From Monocercomonoides exilis PA203 (taxonomy: Eukaryota; Protista; Preaxostyla): a stretch of 64,000 nt of DNA. The DNA lies in NCBI GenBank assembly GCA_001643675.2, contig LSRY02000017.1, forward strand, positions 62,001 to 126,000, in the 5' to 3' direction. Each line of letters begins with the position of its first letter. Position 1 is the stretch's first letter. The position numbers and the translations under genes were made by a program. This document shows, one piece after another, positions 22,503 through 35,300 of this stretch. Under the pieces are notes generated by a model, which saw only the letters and a list, made by a program, of their open reading frames with translations, ran no database searches and was not told the DNA's origin.

Positions 22503-25500
22503 ATGCAATTTCGCATTTTTCAGGCGCACACTCGAAAAAGCCAAAAACAACGGTTTTTCACATTTTATCCCATGTTGGGCAAATCCATTATTAGAAAAAT
22601 TGAAAAAGAAAGAGATCTGCTCTGTGACTCGCATTCGACAGAAAATACAAAACCAGGAATATTCTCGTCAATTAATTCAAACTCGTGCCAAAGGCGCAAT
22701 ATTCCAATGGGCCATGTCCCTGCGACATCTTCTATCAGATCGCTTTCGTTAAAACATTTGGAAAGGAATTTGGGTGAGGAGTTCGCCGCGCAGACTCAAA
22801 TGGCACAACTGCACGAAAATGGCAGTTTCACTGACGAAAAGACGTCTTCTCCAGAAGTTCTGCTTCGAAAACTGGCCGCAAAAGAATCTGCACGCCAAAT
22901 TTATTCCCTTCGTTCGCTGTCACTGCAGGGGCCAGTAACAAAACGGAGTGCGGATGCAGATTCTACCTATTTTCTACCAGCCGTCCAGCAAATTCTGCTC
23001 CTCTGTGCGTCTCTCTTGCGCGACTGGAAAAGGACGAACGAAGAATATTTCATTAAGTTCTGCGGGTGCGCATGCTTTCTGTCTGAAGAATCAAGCATTT
23101 TCGCGTTGCAGCCACACAAATACAAAAGCGACGCTGTTTTTGAGTTATTTTGGCCTCCCAATGAATTTGCGCAGTTTCTTGGCGAATTCGCTGCTGCGCG
23201 TTCGGAGGGGGTTGATTCGATGTTCCTTCACACACACCTTCTTTATCACTCCACACTTCTTTATTTTTGCCGTTTGTCAAAGAATTTCAATGATTTTCCA
23301 TCTTTATTTTTGTCTTCTGTATTCATCCAATCCATACCTGCAGTCACATACCAACCTCTTCTTGCCATGTGCCCTTCGGATGATTTCACACATTCACCGT
23401 TTCTTCATTTTTGCACACACAACACACGCGTTCCTGATTTAGAAGGTTTGTCAATAGAAGAAGAAGAAGAAGAAGAAGACGATGACGAAGACGAAGGAAA
23501 AAAAGTTGATTATAACGAAGCCACCCAAGCTGATTTTCTCTTGAGGAATTCTTCTTCCATTGATAAATCCCATTTTGAGTACCATCACACACCAGAAATT
23601 GCATCTCACGTGGATTCTGATGGCGGCAATAGAAATGTTGCTGCTGGCGAATCTTCACCTTTTGCTGTGCTCCCTCATTCACAGCCGAGCGCCATTTGGA
23701 GTCCTTTTCAGGAAATACATTATTTCACTCAAAATTTTTGCGACACCCTTTTTTCAGAGGCCACACCTTTGTTATTTGTTAGTAATAATCAGAAAAACAA
23801 GCAATTTAAAGGAATTTTGTCATCTGATTTATATGTATGTTTAACACATAGTCAAAAATCGGTGTTATCAATGGAATCAATAACAAGACTAGATCACTCG
23901 TTTGATCTCTTGTCTCTTGAACGATGCAATGCATATCACAAAAACAGTGCATTTGCAACTTTTAATACAGATTTCCCTCATCCCTTTGAGTTATATGGTG
24001 ATGCCCAATGTCCGTCCAGCCCTTTTGGATGTGCAGTAGAATTAAAAGAAAGGCAAAGCAACACAGACACCGCACGTAAGCATACCGCTCCAATTTACTG
24101 TTTTTACGAGTCATTCAGATGCTGTGCTGATGCACATTGCGAAGACGATAACTATCACTGCTCGCTCGAGGCAGCACTTGATTTGTTAGAATCAATTCTG
24201 AGATTCACACGGAAAGTGACATCTTTTGCGAAGGCGACTGAACACACAGCGAAAAATGGAATCCAATGGCTTGAAAGTAATTCAGATACCGCTGCCGATG
24301 CAAAGGAGCTTCAGACTGAAAATGATATAAAACCATTAACTTCATCTTTGAGTTGCGATTTGCCAAGCGAAATAGATACGAATTTTATGCAGTCAACAAG
24401 AAGAGATCCTCCAAATGAGGAAGAAGAAGGATGCTTTGAAAATTTGGATAAAGAAAAAGAAAAAAAGGAAAAAGGAAGATCAAAAAGAAGTTATGGGCCT
24501 GAGCAAATTTCCCTCATCAAAGAAGACGAAAAATCTGAGAAATATATTGCGGAAGATTTTTCTATTAATAAGGATATTTATTCAAAAAATAATGAAATTT
24601 GCGTTTTTAAAAGAGATGAAAAAATAAAGTCAACAAGAAAAGAGGATGATAATCTTTTTTTGTTGCCATATGAAAGAAATGGAATTTTCGACGAATTTGT
24701 AGAAAAAAGAGAAAAATGTAATGAAGACATACCTGAGGAAAATGTGATGTTGTTAACGTTATTCAAGAAGAAAAGACGTGACAGAGAAGAAAGCGAAGAG
24801 CATTGCGCATTTTTCGAAAGCAGTGAAAGTTCAGTCTTTGCAGATAATCTCATTGAAGGGAGCTATCCTTCCACATCTTGTCTTTTGCCTATCCGTTTAT
24901 TGGCTGAGCAAAAATCTGAGAAACATATTAGTGCTAATGATGGAATACTTTCTGATGGTATTAATAGAGGAATTGAGGAAAGAAAAATGCCTCTATGCGA
25001 AGTTGAAGAAGAAGAAAGAAGTGCTCGAAAACAGCAAAATGGAATAGAAAATGATTCAGACTTATGCTCTCTTAACTTTATTTGTGATGATATTTGTTCT
25101 CAGCCACAGTTTCTTGTACAAAATAGAAGTGACAATAACACAACGCTTTGTTCTTCATTGATATCTCAAAATGCAAAAATATGCTTATCAAAAACAAAAG
25201 AAGAGAAAAATGATTCAACATTCAGAAGTGAACAAAATACTGAAATCAACGAAAACATGATTCCTTCACAAAATGTTTCAACAAAACGAGAAGAAACACA
25301 TCCAAGCATTTCGCCAATGAGTGAAAATTCGATCACTTGGAAGCTTCGTTCATGCTCTGAGCTCAATGAATGTAATGAAGCAAAAGATATACACAACAAC
25401 TGCAAGTGCTTTATTGACTTTCCTTCACCAGAAATTGTGGGATTGCCACACACCACCGACTTGTTGATGGAACATGATGCTTGCGGCAGCTTCGCTCTAA

Positions 25501-28500
25501 TGTCTTCTTTTCATGAATATCAAGTTTCGCCTCTTTCGTATTCATCACTTTTGGAGTATCCACCTCCATTTGCTGACCCTTCAACGCCTGTTGAACGGAA
25601 ACAAACTATTTTTATTTCTCATTCACCATTCAAAAATTACGATGAAGATGATGCTGGTGATATTGCCACCTCTTCTTTAGCCTTTTCTTCTTCTTCCTCT
25701 TCTTCGCTTTCTCCTTACTCACCACGCACTCCATCTTCCCCATCTTTGCGTATGACTGGCGATCAAACAGACTCCACTTTCTCATCAATCGAATCTGCAC
25801 TTTTGTCAGAAAGCTATTTGTTTCCCACCAATTACGCTGGCTACCTTTCTTCTCCGCTCCTTTTATCTGCTTCTGATCATCTTGAACAGCCACCTCCTTC
25901 TTTGCCTTCAACGCAAACTTTGTTGGATGCCAACATTTGCTCAGACAGTCCAAATGAAACATCATTAAAAACCCAACAAATTTCCGAGCCTTTCACTAGC
26001 AGCTCATCCCACTTTTGTGGCTCAATGATTGAGGATATCATCACTCTGTCAGATCTACCGGCTTCTCTGCCATCTTCTGCGTCTTCTGATCTTCCACACA
26101 CACAAAACACAGCTGCTTATCCATTACAGATGGATGCCAACACCTCTCTCATCTATTTCACACCATCTTTTCAACAGAATCTTGCATTGGAGCATTTTGC
26201 ATCCAACTCATCAAGAAAGCAAACTGAAACAGCCGGCTCTTCTCAAAAGTATCCTTCAAAAGACATTCAAGAACAGAGTTGTGATGTTCTCCCATGCGTG
26301 TCTGAAGAGCAGTCTGATTGTATTTCGACTATTCGCTTGCCTCCTCCGCCTCCTCATTGTTTTTCGTCTTCAGAGAAGTTTTCACACTCTTCTTCTTCTT
26401 CTTCCAATTCCTTTCCAGAACCAGTATTGCCTTTGATACCATTGCCTTCTTCCTCTTGTTCTTCTTCTTCTCCCTCTTCTTCTTCTTCAACCTTCATTTT
26501 GTCTGATATTGAAAAACATGACCTATCTAAATTACCTGTTTGTCTGTCTTCTTCCTCTTCTTCAGCTCTTAATTTAGAATCTCCTTCAACTTCTGATAAT
26601 TTACCTTCGCATCCATTCGCTCCTTTATCTCCTCCTTCCGTCTCTTCCTCTTCCTTCCCGCTGTCTTCTGTGCCCAACAACAACGCATCCTCCAATGTTT
26701 CATCGCCATCATTGTCCTCTGAGCAGAACCAGTCAGGCACAAATGACTCAACCACCACTAATCCAATCGATCACACCCCACTCCAACACAACGAATGCTC
26801 CCAGTTTTCTCCTATTCCCCATTCAAACACAAGGAGCAGCTCTTGGATTCCTTCACGCTCTGCCCAATTCGCCCTGCCTGCGATCGAACAACAGAGAAAA
26901 GTGAAGTATCGTTCGTCTTCTTCATCGTCATCATCGTCTTCTTCAGAGTTTCGATATTCTCCGCAAACAAGCAGTTCATCGAAGCAATCTCGCCCACAGC
27001 CCAAAAGCAAAGCGCTCCAACATCCTCATGAATACTCCCATTCCCATTCAACATATGTGCCACGCAAATCAAACGAGAGCAACGACAATCAGAGAGACAA
27101 AGCTGCATTCAAACAGAATGCACCGCTTATTGAAACATTTCCAATCGAAACACAGGTTGAAATGGCGAAACAAGTGCCTTTTGTGACATTCGATTCAACT
27201 GACAATTCTTCGCCAGCAAACGTATCACGTAAAAATCATACCAAAAATAGCAGAGCATCTTCTGCGTCATTCAGAAAGGGAAAGAACAGCAGGGATGTTT
27301 GCGAGCGGAAAGAAGGGATCATCAGCCACACTCACCAAAAGTCACACGATTCCATCAGATGCACAGTGATCAAAGATGCAGAAGCAGCATATGCTTCGCC
27401 TGAACCGCTTTTGCCTCGCCCTGATTTGCTGGATCATGACAAGCTCCCAACATTGAAGTATAATCCCTTCAAATACGTTGCCACCGAAGCTTCTGCACAG
27501 AAAAGCTCTTCCAAACAGTCATTTGTGGAATCGCCTTCTGACGATGCAATGAAATCTCACATGCACAACATAGACAACACGCTACAACGGAATTCGAAAG
27601 ATGAGAAATGCAACATATCCACTGAATGCAAGCAGACGAAAACAAGTTCAGAATCCGCTCAGATGAACCTTCCTGCCACGGGTAATGCTTCAGTTGCTTG
27701 TGTCTCTTCTTCTTGTTGTTCAGCATTGCTCGGCCATCAAATTCCTCCTTTGTTGGCTTCTTTATCGTCATTTGATCATTCTGCTGAAGTGTCTTCCTCT
27801 TCCCTGTCTTCTTCTTCTTCTTCTTCTTCCTCCTCCTCTTCTCCTCCAACCAATCATCCCCACTTGCTTTCCAGTCCTTTAACTATCCCAATCATCCAAA
27901 CGCTCCCGCACACTGTTCCTCTTCAGGCATCAACTCCTCCGTCTGCCCCAATCATCATTTCTGCTCTGCCAAAGGTCGATACAAAAGAGCCTGGTATGTC
28001 CATCAGCAAAGCCATCATGACTCATCAGCCACAAAACAACTTGTCTTTCAACAGTCCTGTCGAGTTCTCCTCTTCCCTCTTCCAAAATAACTTAAAAGAC
28101 TCAAAAGAGAGATCGAATGAACAAACTGTCCCGCTGGGCAGATTCGTTTCTGTTGATGAGACGGGAGCTGTCACAATCACTGCACCTTTTTTGTCTGCCG
28201 AAGACGACACAAATAAATCACTTTCTGCTCAGATGCAGCCACAAACTCAAGCACAAACACAAACTCAAATACGTCCACAGATTTTTCCTGGTTCAGCAAA
28301 CTCTTCTGCCTCCTCTGTCTCTTCTAGATTGTCTCCACCCGATTCTTCATTATTATTTTCCCCATCTTCTCTTCTCTCTTCTCCTTTAACTCAATCTCCC
28401 ACACCGAATTCCAAACGTAATGTGCCATATCCAAACATTCCACCTTCTTCTTTTCCTCCTCTTCCTGTTCCTGGGACTGTCCCTCCTCCCCCGCTAAGCA

Positions 28501-30248
28501 TGTGCTTCCACGCTTCCAGTTCGATGGCATCAAGATCTAACAGTAAAATGCTGGCAAACACGAATCCATCTTCTTCTTCGTCGTCGTCTTCTTGTTCTCC
28601 TTCTCCTTCTCCTCTTTCAACCTCTTCTCCACCTGTAGCTGTCCCAAATGCTCCTATCACTTTCTCCGTCGCTCCAAAGTCACACGTTTCCCTTCCAGAA
28701 ATGTCATTCCCGAGGCAAAGAAGGCCAACTCCACGACAATATATGACATATTCACAAGTCTCTGCTTCATCTCCTCTGACTGTTGCAACGTCAACAACTC
28801 CTTTGCTACCCTTGGATACTTCTTCACTCTCACCTTCTTCTTCTTCTAATTCTTCCTGTGCTCAATCAAAAATTACGGAGCATGAAAAGTCGCATTTCGA
28901 ACGAAAAGTTGAAGAAGCTGAACAAAATGAGTGTCTAATCCAATTCCCACAGCAAGCAGACAATTCCAACCAATCAACATTTTGCAGCTCCGCTTTTGCG
29001 TCTCCTCTGCTCAGCCTTTCAGATTCCGAAGACTTCGCCTTTGGCATCGATCTTCCTTCCTTCTCTCCTTCCTCGTCCAATCCAGCTGCATGCACACCAA
29101 GCGATGCTGGCGATGCTCTTGATTCTTCTGCCTCTTCTTCTCCTTTGCTGAAGCCGTCTTCCTCAGGCGATAGATCGTCCCCACAACACACTTCTGATTC
29201 AGCGTCTGCTGTTCCTCCTTTCTTCGATTCGCCACAGCGAAATTCGCTTTCGCCTTGTCGTCGCATTCATCCGAGCAGCAATCACACTCGCTCTTCTCTT
29301 TCCTTTCAATCTTCTTCTTCTTCTTCTTCTTCTTCTTCAAATAGATATTCCAATGCAAACATTGCTGAACAATCAATGATGCTCCCGATGCAGTCAGAAG
29401 AGTATATTTGGTCGCAATCCCCATCTCATTCAAGCAAATCCACAATTTTTGTGCAGCCGAATTCTCAGCCAAGCCAGTCACAGCAGCAGATTCACGAACA
29501 TTCAAATGAATTAACAACCAAAATGCATTTGCAGAACCAAAAAAAGCGCTCAAAGAGAAGAGCTTCATCATACGCGAAAAATTCCATGTACTGGAGAAAC
29601 AGAAAGAACACAGCTGAATGCGCCGTTCGAGAACTGCCTTCTGTACGATCCAGCCAAATCTCAGAGGAGCCCTGCGATTCAATGCGTCATTCATCGTCAA
29701 GTCCAACATCTCCGCATATGATTGCCTCTTCTTGTTCAGTTGCTTCAATCGCTCAGCCATTCTCTTCTTTGTTGCCATCAGACGAACACCACGCTTCATC
29801 TTCTTGTTCTGTTCCTCTTCTACCGAATTCTTTTGGTGATCCTCCACTTTTCTCTCAATATTCATTGCTGCCTTCTCCATCGCCACACACGCCATCTTCT
29901 TTGCAGTCTTCTTCGCTTTCTGCTGAACCGTCTCTCGCTCCGCCTCCGCTTGGCTCTTCTTCACCTTCGTCTGTTTTCGTTTATTCTCCACAGAAAACAC
30001 AATTTTCTTCTCCCTCTTCAGCCTCTTTCTCTTCTCCTACTCCTTCCTCATTCTCTTCTTCTTCTTCTTCTTCTCCGTCGTTCTCTTCAACGCCTTCTTC
30101 TTTATTGCCTCGCAAAGGCCAACGAGCATATCGCGATCCTCAACAGTGCTGGCGCCCGAATTACCGCAGCCCGTCTTATAGTCCTCACACACGCACTCAA
30201 TACAACGCATCACAGAGGATTTGCGATCAGCACACAATGAATCTGTAA
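22503..30248 (+). CDS. 2581-aa protein of unknown function: globular-looking N-terminal ~580 aa followed by a Ser/Pro-rich disordered region
   Basis: 7.7-kb uninterrupted ORF with no domain I recognise. The start codon is uncertain. Confidence 0.75.
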   Translation: MQFRIFQAHTRKSQKQRFFTFYPMLGKSIIRKIEKERDLLCDSHSTENTKPGIFSSINSNSCQRRNIPMGHVPATSSIRSLSLKHLERNLGEEFAAQTQMAQLHENGSFTDEKTSSPEVLLRKLAAKESARQIYSLRSLSLQGPVTKRSADADSTYFLPAVQQILLLCASLLRDWKRTNEEYFIKFCGCACFLSEESSIFALQPHKYKSDAVFELFWPPNEFAQFLGEFAAARSEGVDSMFLHTHLLYHSTLLYFCRLSKNFNDFPSLFLSSVFIQSIPAVTYQPLLAMCPSDDFTHSPFLHFCTHNTRVPDLEGLSIEEEEEEEDDDEDEGKKVDYNEATQADFLLRNSSSIDKSHFEYHHTPEIASHVDSDGGNRNVAAGESSPFAVLPHSQPSAIWSPFQEIHYFTQNFCDTLFSEATPLLFVSNNQKNKQFKGILSSDLYVCLTHSQKSVLSMESITRLDHSFDLLSLERCNAYHKNSAFATFNTDFPHPFELYGDAQCPSSPFGCAVELKERQSNTDTARKHTAPIYCFYESFRCCADAHCEDDNYHCSLEAALDLLESILRFTRKVTSFAKATEHTAKNGIQWLESNSDTAADAKELQTENDIKPLTSSLSCDLPSEIDTNFMQSTRRDPPNEEEEGCFENLDKEKEKKEKGRSKRSYGPEQISLIKEDEKSEKYIAEDFSINKDIYSKNNEICVFKRDEKIKSTRKEDDNLFLLPYERNGIFDEFVEKREKCNEDIPEENVMLLTLFKKKRRDREESEEHCAFFESSESSVFADNLIEGSYPSTSCLLPIRLLAEQKSEKHISANDGILSDGINRGIEERKMPLCEVEEEERSARKQQNGIENDSDLCSLNFICDDICSQPQFLVQNRSDNNTTLCSSLISQNAKICLSKTKEEKNDSTFRSEQNTEINENMIPSQNVSTKREETHPSISPMSENSITWKLRSCSELNECNEAKDIHNNCKCFIDFPSPEIVGLPHTTDLLMEHDACGSFALMSSFHEYQVSPLSYSSLLEYPPPFADPSTPVERKQTIFISHSPFKNYDEDDAGDIATSSLAFSSSSSSSLSPYSPRTPSSPSLRMTGDQTDSTFSSIESALLSESYLFPTNYAGYLSSPLLLSASDHLEQPPPSLPSTQTLLDANICSDSPNETSLKTQQISEPFTSSSSHFCGSMIEDIITLSDLPASLPSSASSDLPHTQNTAAYPLQMDANTSLIYFTPSFQQNLALEHFASNSSRKQTETAGSSQKYPSKDIQEQSCDVLPCVSEEQSDCISTIRLPPPPPHCFSSSEKFSHSSSSSSNSFPEPVLPLIPLPSSSCSSSSPSSSSSTFILSDIEKHDLSKLPVCLSSSSSSALNLESPSTSDNLPSHPFAPLSPPSVSSSSFPLSSVPNNNASSNVSSPSLSSEQNQSGTNDSTTTNPIDHTPLQHNECSQFSPIPHSNTRSSSWIPSRSAQFALPAIEQQRKVKYRSSSSSSSSSSSEFRYSPQTSSSSKQSRPQPKSKALQHPHEYSHSHSTYVPRKSNESNDNQRDKAAFKQNAPLIETFPIETQVEMAKQVPFVTFDSTDNSSPANVSRKNHTKNSRASSASFRKGKNSRDVCERKEGIISHTHQKSHDSIRCTVIKDAEAAYASPEPLLPRPDLLDHDKLPTLKYNPFKYVATEASAQKSSSKQSFVESPSDDAMKSHMHNIDNTLQRNSKDEKCNISTECKQTKTSSESAQMNLPATGNASVACVSSSCCSALLGHQIPPLLASLSSFDHSAEVSSSSLSSSSSSSSSSSSPPTNHPHLLSSPLTIPIIQTLPHTVPLQASTPPSAPIIISALPKVDTKEPGMSISKAIMTHQPQNNLSFNSPVEFSSSLFQNNLKDSKERSNEQTVPLGRFVSVDETGAVTITAPFLSAEDDTNKSLSAQMQPQTQAQTQTQIRPQIFPGSANSSASSVSSRLSPPDSSLLFSPSSLLSSPLTQSPTPNSKRNVPYPNIPPSSFPPLPVPGTVPPPPLSMCFHASSSMASRSNSKMLANTNPSSSSSSSSCSPSPSPLSTSSPPVAVPNAPITFSVAPKSHVSLPEMSFPRQRRPTPRQYMTYSQVSASSPLTVATSTTPLLPLDTSSLSPSSSSNSSCAQSKITEHEKSHFERKVEEAEQNECLIQFPQQADNSNQSTFCSSAFASPLLSLSDSEDFAFGIDLPSFSPSSSNPAACTPSDAGDALDSSASSSPLLKPSSSGDRSSPQHTSDSASAVPPFFDSPQRNSLSPCRRIHPSSNHTRSSLSFQSSSSSSSSSSNRYSNANIAEQSMMLPMQSEEYIWSQSPSHSSKSTIFVQPNSQPSQSQQQIHEHSNELTTKMHLQNQKKRSKRRASSYAKNSMYWRNRKNTAECAVRELPSVRSSQISEEPCDSMRHSSSSPTSPHMIASSCSVASIAQPFSSLLPSDEHHASSSCSVPLLPNSFGDPPLFSQYSLLPSPSPHTPSSLQSSSLSAEPSLAPPPLGSSSPSSVFVYSPQKTQFSSPSSASFSSPTPSSFSSSSSSSPSFSSTPSSLLPRKGQRAYRDPQQCWRPNYRSPSYSPHTRTQYNASQRICDQHTMNL

Positions 30249-30299
30249 ATAACCCTGCAGATTAAAATGAGTGAAGGGAGAAATGGGAAATTGAAGAAG

Positions 30300-33200
30300 G
30301 ATGGAAGCATTACTTCTGAGGCTAGGGAATATGAGGAGTGGAAGAGAAATGCTCCTTGCTGTGAAAAAGGTATTGATAAATGTTGGGCATCATAAGCGAA
30401 AAGAATAACGTTGCAATGAAGATGTTGGAGGCAAAAGAAGCTATTTTTCTATTGATGATGTTGGAGTATTTGGAGGAGATAATTGTTATTTGGGCCTACC
30501 GAGTTACTGGAGGAAAAGCGGACTTATTGTTGGCAATTCTTCTTTTTGCAATGTGTTAGTTAATTAACCTCAGGGATTTAGAATATAAGAGAAAACACTA
30601 CATTTATTTGCATAAATAAAGTGGGACTACAAGCTCATAATTGTTGCCTTTGCACTTCCTATCTTCTTCTTCTTGAGTTTTTCCTTCCCGTTCGCTGCAA
30701 ATCAATTTTGCGTGTTCTGAAGGCTGATGCTTTATCAATAAAGTTATATTGTTTCTTAAAAAGAATGCTCAATTGAATGAATGGACAATACACGAAAGAT
30801 CCGAAGGTTGTAGGTTTGGTCTTTCACTTGTCATTGAAGATCATCGAAATTTGCTTCTATTTAGTGGAAATTAGTATCAAAGGATCACTAAATACTTTGG
30901 AGGATTCGTTATGATTGTTGACTTGATTAACTGCTTGGCAACTCAATTTTGGATACACTTCATTAGCACAGCAACCACATTAGACATGATGGAACTTTCA
31001 TGTGACTTTTCATGTTGCAGAAATAGCGAAATATTAAAGGCGATTTTGATTTTCGCAAAAAAGCGATTCCAAAGTTTCTGAGTAAATTTGTTTGAGGCGC
31101 GTTAAACGAAAGCATTCCGAATAAATCTTTTGCACAAAGCTGTGCAATTCTTGTTAAAAGAAGAAAGGAGGCAATTATTATTTTTCAACGAACGTTAGAT
31201 GGAGCAAATACACGGAAAAACAGTGTAGAAAGTTTGATGTTGAAGGTAAAAGTTTGTAGTTATGCGAAGGTGCGTTCGCAAAGCATGAATCAATCGAATA
31301 GCCCGTAACTTAACTTTCAACATACCGGATCAAACCCCTAAAAGCCAACATGGCGAGATCTAAATGAAATAAAAATCTTGCTCTGACCATATCAACTTTC
31401 CAAAATGCAAGTTTCCCATTTCTCATTCTAGCAATTATATCCTTCGTTGCATAACATTGGAAAGTTTTGCATTTGGATAATTTGCATTGGCAACATGAAA
31501 ACAATCAAAGAAAAATTTTTTCGAAGAGAATTCGCAATCATTAATGGAAGATTTCACAACCAAAAAGGATTCACAATTATGGTTAATTTTATTCTCTTTT
31601 GGTATCCCATTTTGGCTCTGTTTCATCAATCAAAAAGGCAAAGATGAATTTTTCTTGAAGTGGAGGGATCAATAGTGAATTTTATGAATTTTGTATTCAA
31701 TCTCTATCATTGAAGAATTAGTTACAGCTGCTTTGCTTATTTGTTATGATTATTTCAAGGGTCAAACAAATTTTTATGTTCAACGGTACACCCAAAACAA
31801 CTTTATTGATCATTTGATCTGATTATTTCAGGCAGACCTTTTTCCAGAAATTTGTGTGTGTTTGTAGTCATTACTTAAATTTTTGTATGTTTTTTTAGAT
31901 ATTGCACGATATTGGATTTCACACAACACCGGATCATTCTCTGAAATCCCATTAATGAATCGGAAATCTCTGCTTTGATTTTGAAAGTGCAATAAATGCA
32001 GATTCGAATAAAGTTTAGTTGTTGTTGTCAGACTGCATTTACAGTCACATGAGCTATAAGAATTTCAATTTCGTGCTGTGTTTCTTTTTATAATGGAATA
32101 TTGAGCAATTTGCAATGGTGATTGTGAAAATACAACGCTTTGAATTCAATGAGCAAAAATAAATCTATGTATTTGTATTACTTGTGAAATAACAATTGCT
32201 TCTCTTCTTCAAAACAATATATCCAATTGTTCAATATTTATACTTTGATTAACATTCAATGAATTCAAAAATTTCTTTTGACGATTTTAAAACAGGCTTT
32301 AATCTTCCTTCCCTTCCTTGTATTTATAAGATTCATAGCAAAGCGAGAATTTACAAACTTAGCTTTTGTCATGAATAAGCTGGACATGCTCCAGAGATTT
32401 TATGTTCGAATCGCACCTGGATTTTTATTTTATATCTTCAGAACACTTTCCTTTTGGTCATGTTTTTCAATACATTCCTTCTAAGGTTTGCGCCTTTATA
32501 TATGTTTTATATGAATTTCATATTTCAAAATTCTGATAGCTTTCTCTTGTTTTCATTTGCTTTTTTTGTATCACATATTTTGGATAATAGAATTTCATGC
32601 CTAATTTTTGTTTTTCAAAGATAACAATCACATTACAGGCGAATAACGTTTATAGAATGTCATTATCAATCATTTACGCCCTTTATTTTGGTATTAGTTA
32701 CATAATTTCAAAAGATCCAAATAATATCCAACAGAGTGTAAATTCATTGTGTAGAAAAATGCATAAGCTAAGTGTAGATATCAACTACGGAATTGACAAG
32801 CAAAGTTAGTGTGCTCTCATGTGCTGGTTACATCAATAGAGATCGACATTTTTTTGGTATAAACTTGTTTTTCAATTGTTTAATCGTCAATCAAGCAGTG
32901 ATATCACATTGCGTTTTGTAAAGATTGTCTTTTTTTCACTTATTTGAAAATACTTTTCGTTGATTAATCTTGTAATATTTAGTTTTTATCAATTTTGATG
33001 TTTCTTGTAGGACTGAGATGTTGAAATGTCTGTAGAATCAAAATTTGATAGAATACTTTCGACTCATTCCATTTACAGAATGAGCATATACATCTGATGT
33101 GAGCACTATCCAAACGAGGGTGTTAATCAATATCTTCAAATTCACATGGATGATTCTTCATTTTGGTTGATTCAATTTTCCACTTTTCGTTTTTAGATCT

Positions 33201-35300
33201 CAAATTTCATTGCTTCTGAGCGTTTTTGTGGCCAACCGTATTTTCCTATTTCATATTATTTCGATAATTTAAAAGCATAAAAGCAATTGTTATTACAAAT
33301 ATTTTCTTTCTTCATCATCACATTTTTGGCAAATGTTATCACTTTTTGAGTTATCATTTCCGTTGTACGTCGTTACACCAATTGATTTTTCTGAATTGCT
33401 TTCAAACGTTTCATTGCTTTGATTGTCATTTTCAGTTATCCAACTTTTTTTCATATTTTGCAACATGATTCAGATCACCATTTTGCTGTTCTTACTGATG
33501 AATAGAAAAGATATCAATTTATAATATATTCTTGCTTGCGACGAGAATGAACAATTCAATCTACAGTATTTTCAATGACTTTCTAGTGGTTATGCAATCA
33601 ATGCAACTGCCAGAAAAACCAACAATCACAGATGGCGCATCATCAACTCAATATATATTGAAGCAAAACTGCTTTTTACCGAGGGGAATTGTTGCGTTTT
33701 CATTTCATTTTCTTGTTTTTCTTGTTTCTTGCTTTGCTTTTGTATTCAAGATGAAAAGTTGTTTCATGATATCTTATTTTGAACCTTTAAGTAATTTTTC
33801 ATCGTTTCAATCATCATTTTCAACAATACTTCGATAATTGTTTTCTTTCTCTGCAAATTTCGTATACATATTTTCTGTATGTAACAAGCATTGGCAAAAC
33901 CTTTCAGAACATTTTGTATTCACGATTAAAATGAGCAAAAACTGTTCAACATAGTCAATTATTTGAGAATGGGAAGATTGAATTTTCAAAATCAAAAAAT
34001 AAAAGAAGTATGCTTTTCAATTTTCTTTGTGAATTTTTTAATAAAAAATTTTGTTAATAAAATATGTCGAAACATTTATTTTTTCCAGCGTCATTATTTG
34101 AAAATTGGAAGTTATATTCGTAGAAACAACAATTCAAATAAAACTAATCAATTATTTAGAATAAGAAAATGAAGAGATTTGAGTAAGAAATTCGTAAATA
34201 ATCAAAATTCAAGTTTAAAATTGGTATGCTTACACGTTGACAATGGGAATAAATTTTGCGCTCAACAAACATTACAAAAAATAACATGACTTGATGTAAA
34301 GAAATACATGCAATCGAATATAAACAATAAAACAGTTGAGTTTTTGAATTTAAAACAATAAAAAAATTAGAAATGCAATAAAAATCACACAAAAACAGTC
34401 AAGACACTCGTAATGAAGAAAGTAACACTTACACAATTACCTAATTTCAACAGATAGATTTAGATTTCAATTTCACTTTGTAAGAAAAGAGGAAACATTT
34501 AGAAATTGAAAATAATTCACAAAAGTGAAAAAAGTTAAAGCAACAAAATTCAAACTTCATAAAATAGAATCACATCATCTCGATGCAGGTAATACTTGTA
34601 AAACAAAATTCATAAAAATGTTTGTTTGCAAAGAACAATAACAAGCTTTGGATTTCCCATTAATTTTTATAAAAAAAGCAGTGCGGAACACGCTAATTTA
34701 TGATTGATGTGCAATTTAAATGGAGCATATTTTCAAAAGTCCATTGTTGAGCTTAGAACATTCAGAAACGAGGATCTTCAAATGCCCATATTCGAATGAT
34801 TACTCTTCATCGTCACGAACCAAAGTTTGTCCAACAAGATTGAAATACTCAAACGATTTCCATATTTATGCCCATGAAGAGAAAATGGTGCGGGCGTTTG
34901 AAGCAGTCATTTTCATAAAGAAGACAATGCAGATATATAATTCAAATTTTTGACAAGAGGAATTATCATTTTGCGATATATTGGGCAATCTTTGCAAAAA
35001 AGATATCTGCTTTGATGTAATGCAGTTTCATTTGCATGCACATTAAATCTGACTTCTCAATTATGAAATCACCGCTTTTGAATCTCCACAAAGCATAAAT
35101 ATTTATCCTTTGTGAATTCATTTCCCAATAAAAGAAAATAAATGATTCCCTTTCTGTTGTTCTGAATAATTGCATTGCTTTATCCTTTCGAGAAGTTGCA
35201 TGCTGGAAAGTATCTTTGTGATATTTAGAATTCTCAGGTTGATTCGAAATATATGAAGGTGGATAATAATGCATTAATCTTTCAACTTTACCAGAATTTT
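30300..35300 (-). pseudogene. Decayed paralog of the 22503-30248 gene, in tail-to-tail orientation; boundaries approximate
   Basis: Minus-strand translation with many stops gives collinear matches: VFFMKMTASNARTIFS (~34925-34880) vs VLLRKLAAKESARQIYS; QSLLL...YFMKF (~34650-34552) vs QILLL...YFIKF; HFSTQ*IYTLLDIIWIF*NYVT (~32765-32697) vs HCSLEAALDLLESILRFTRKVT. Confidence 0.55.

Noticed and set aside
30300-35300. Alternative genetic code (TAA/TAG = Gln, known in some oxymonads) as the explanation for broken frames
   Set aside because: The interruptions include TGA and frameshifts. CCT2 and the Rho gene (right after its CaaX box) end at TAA, and long ORFs have no internal TAR.
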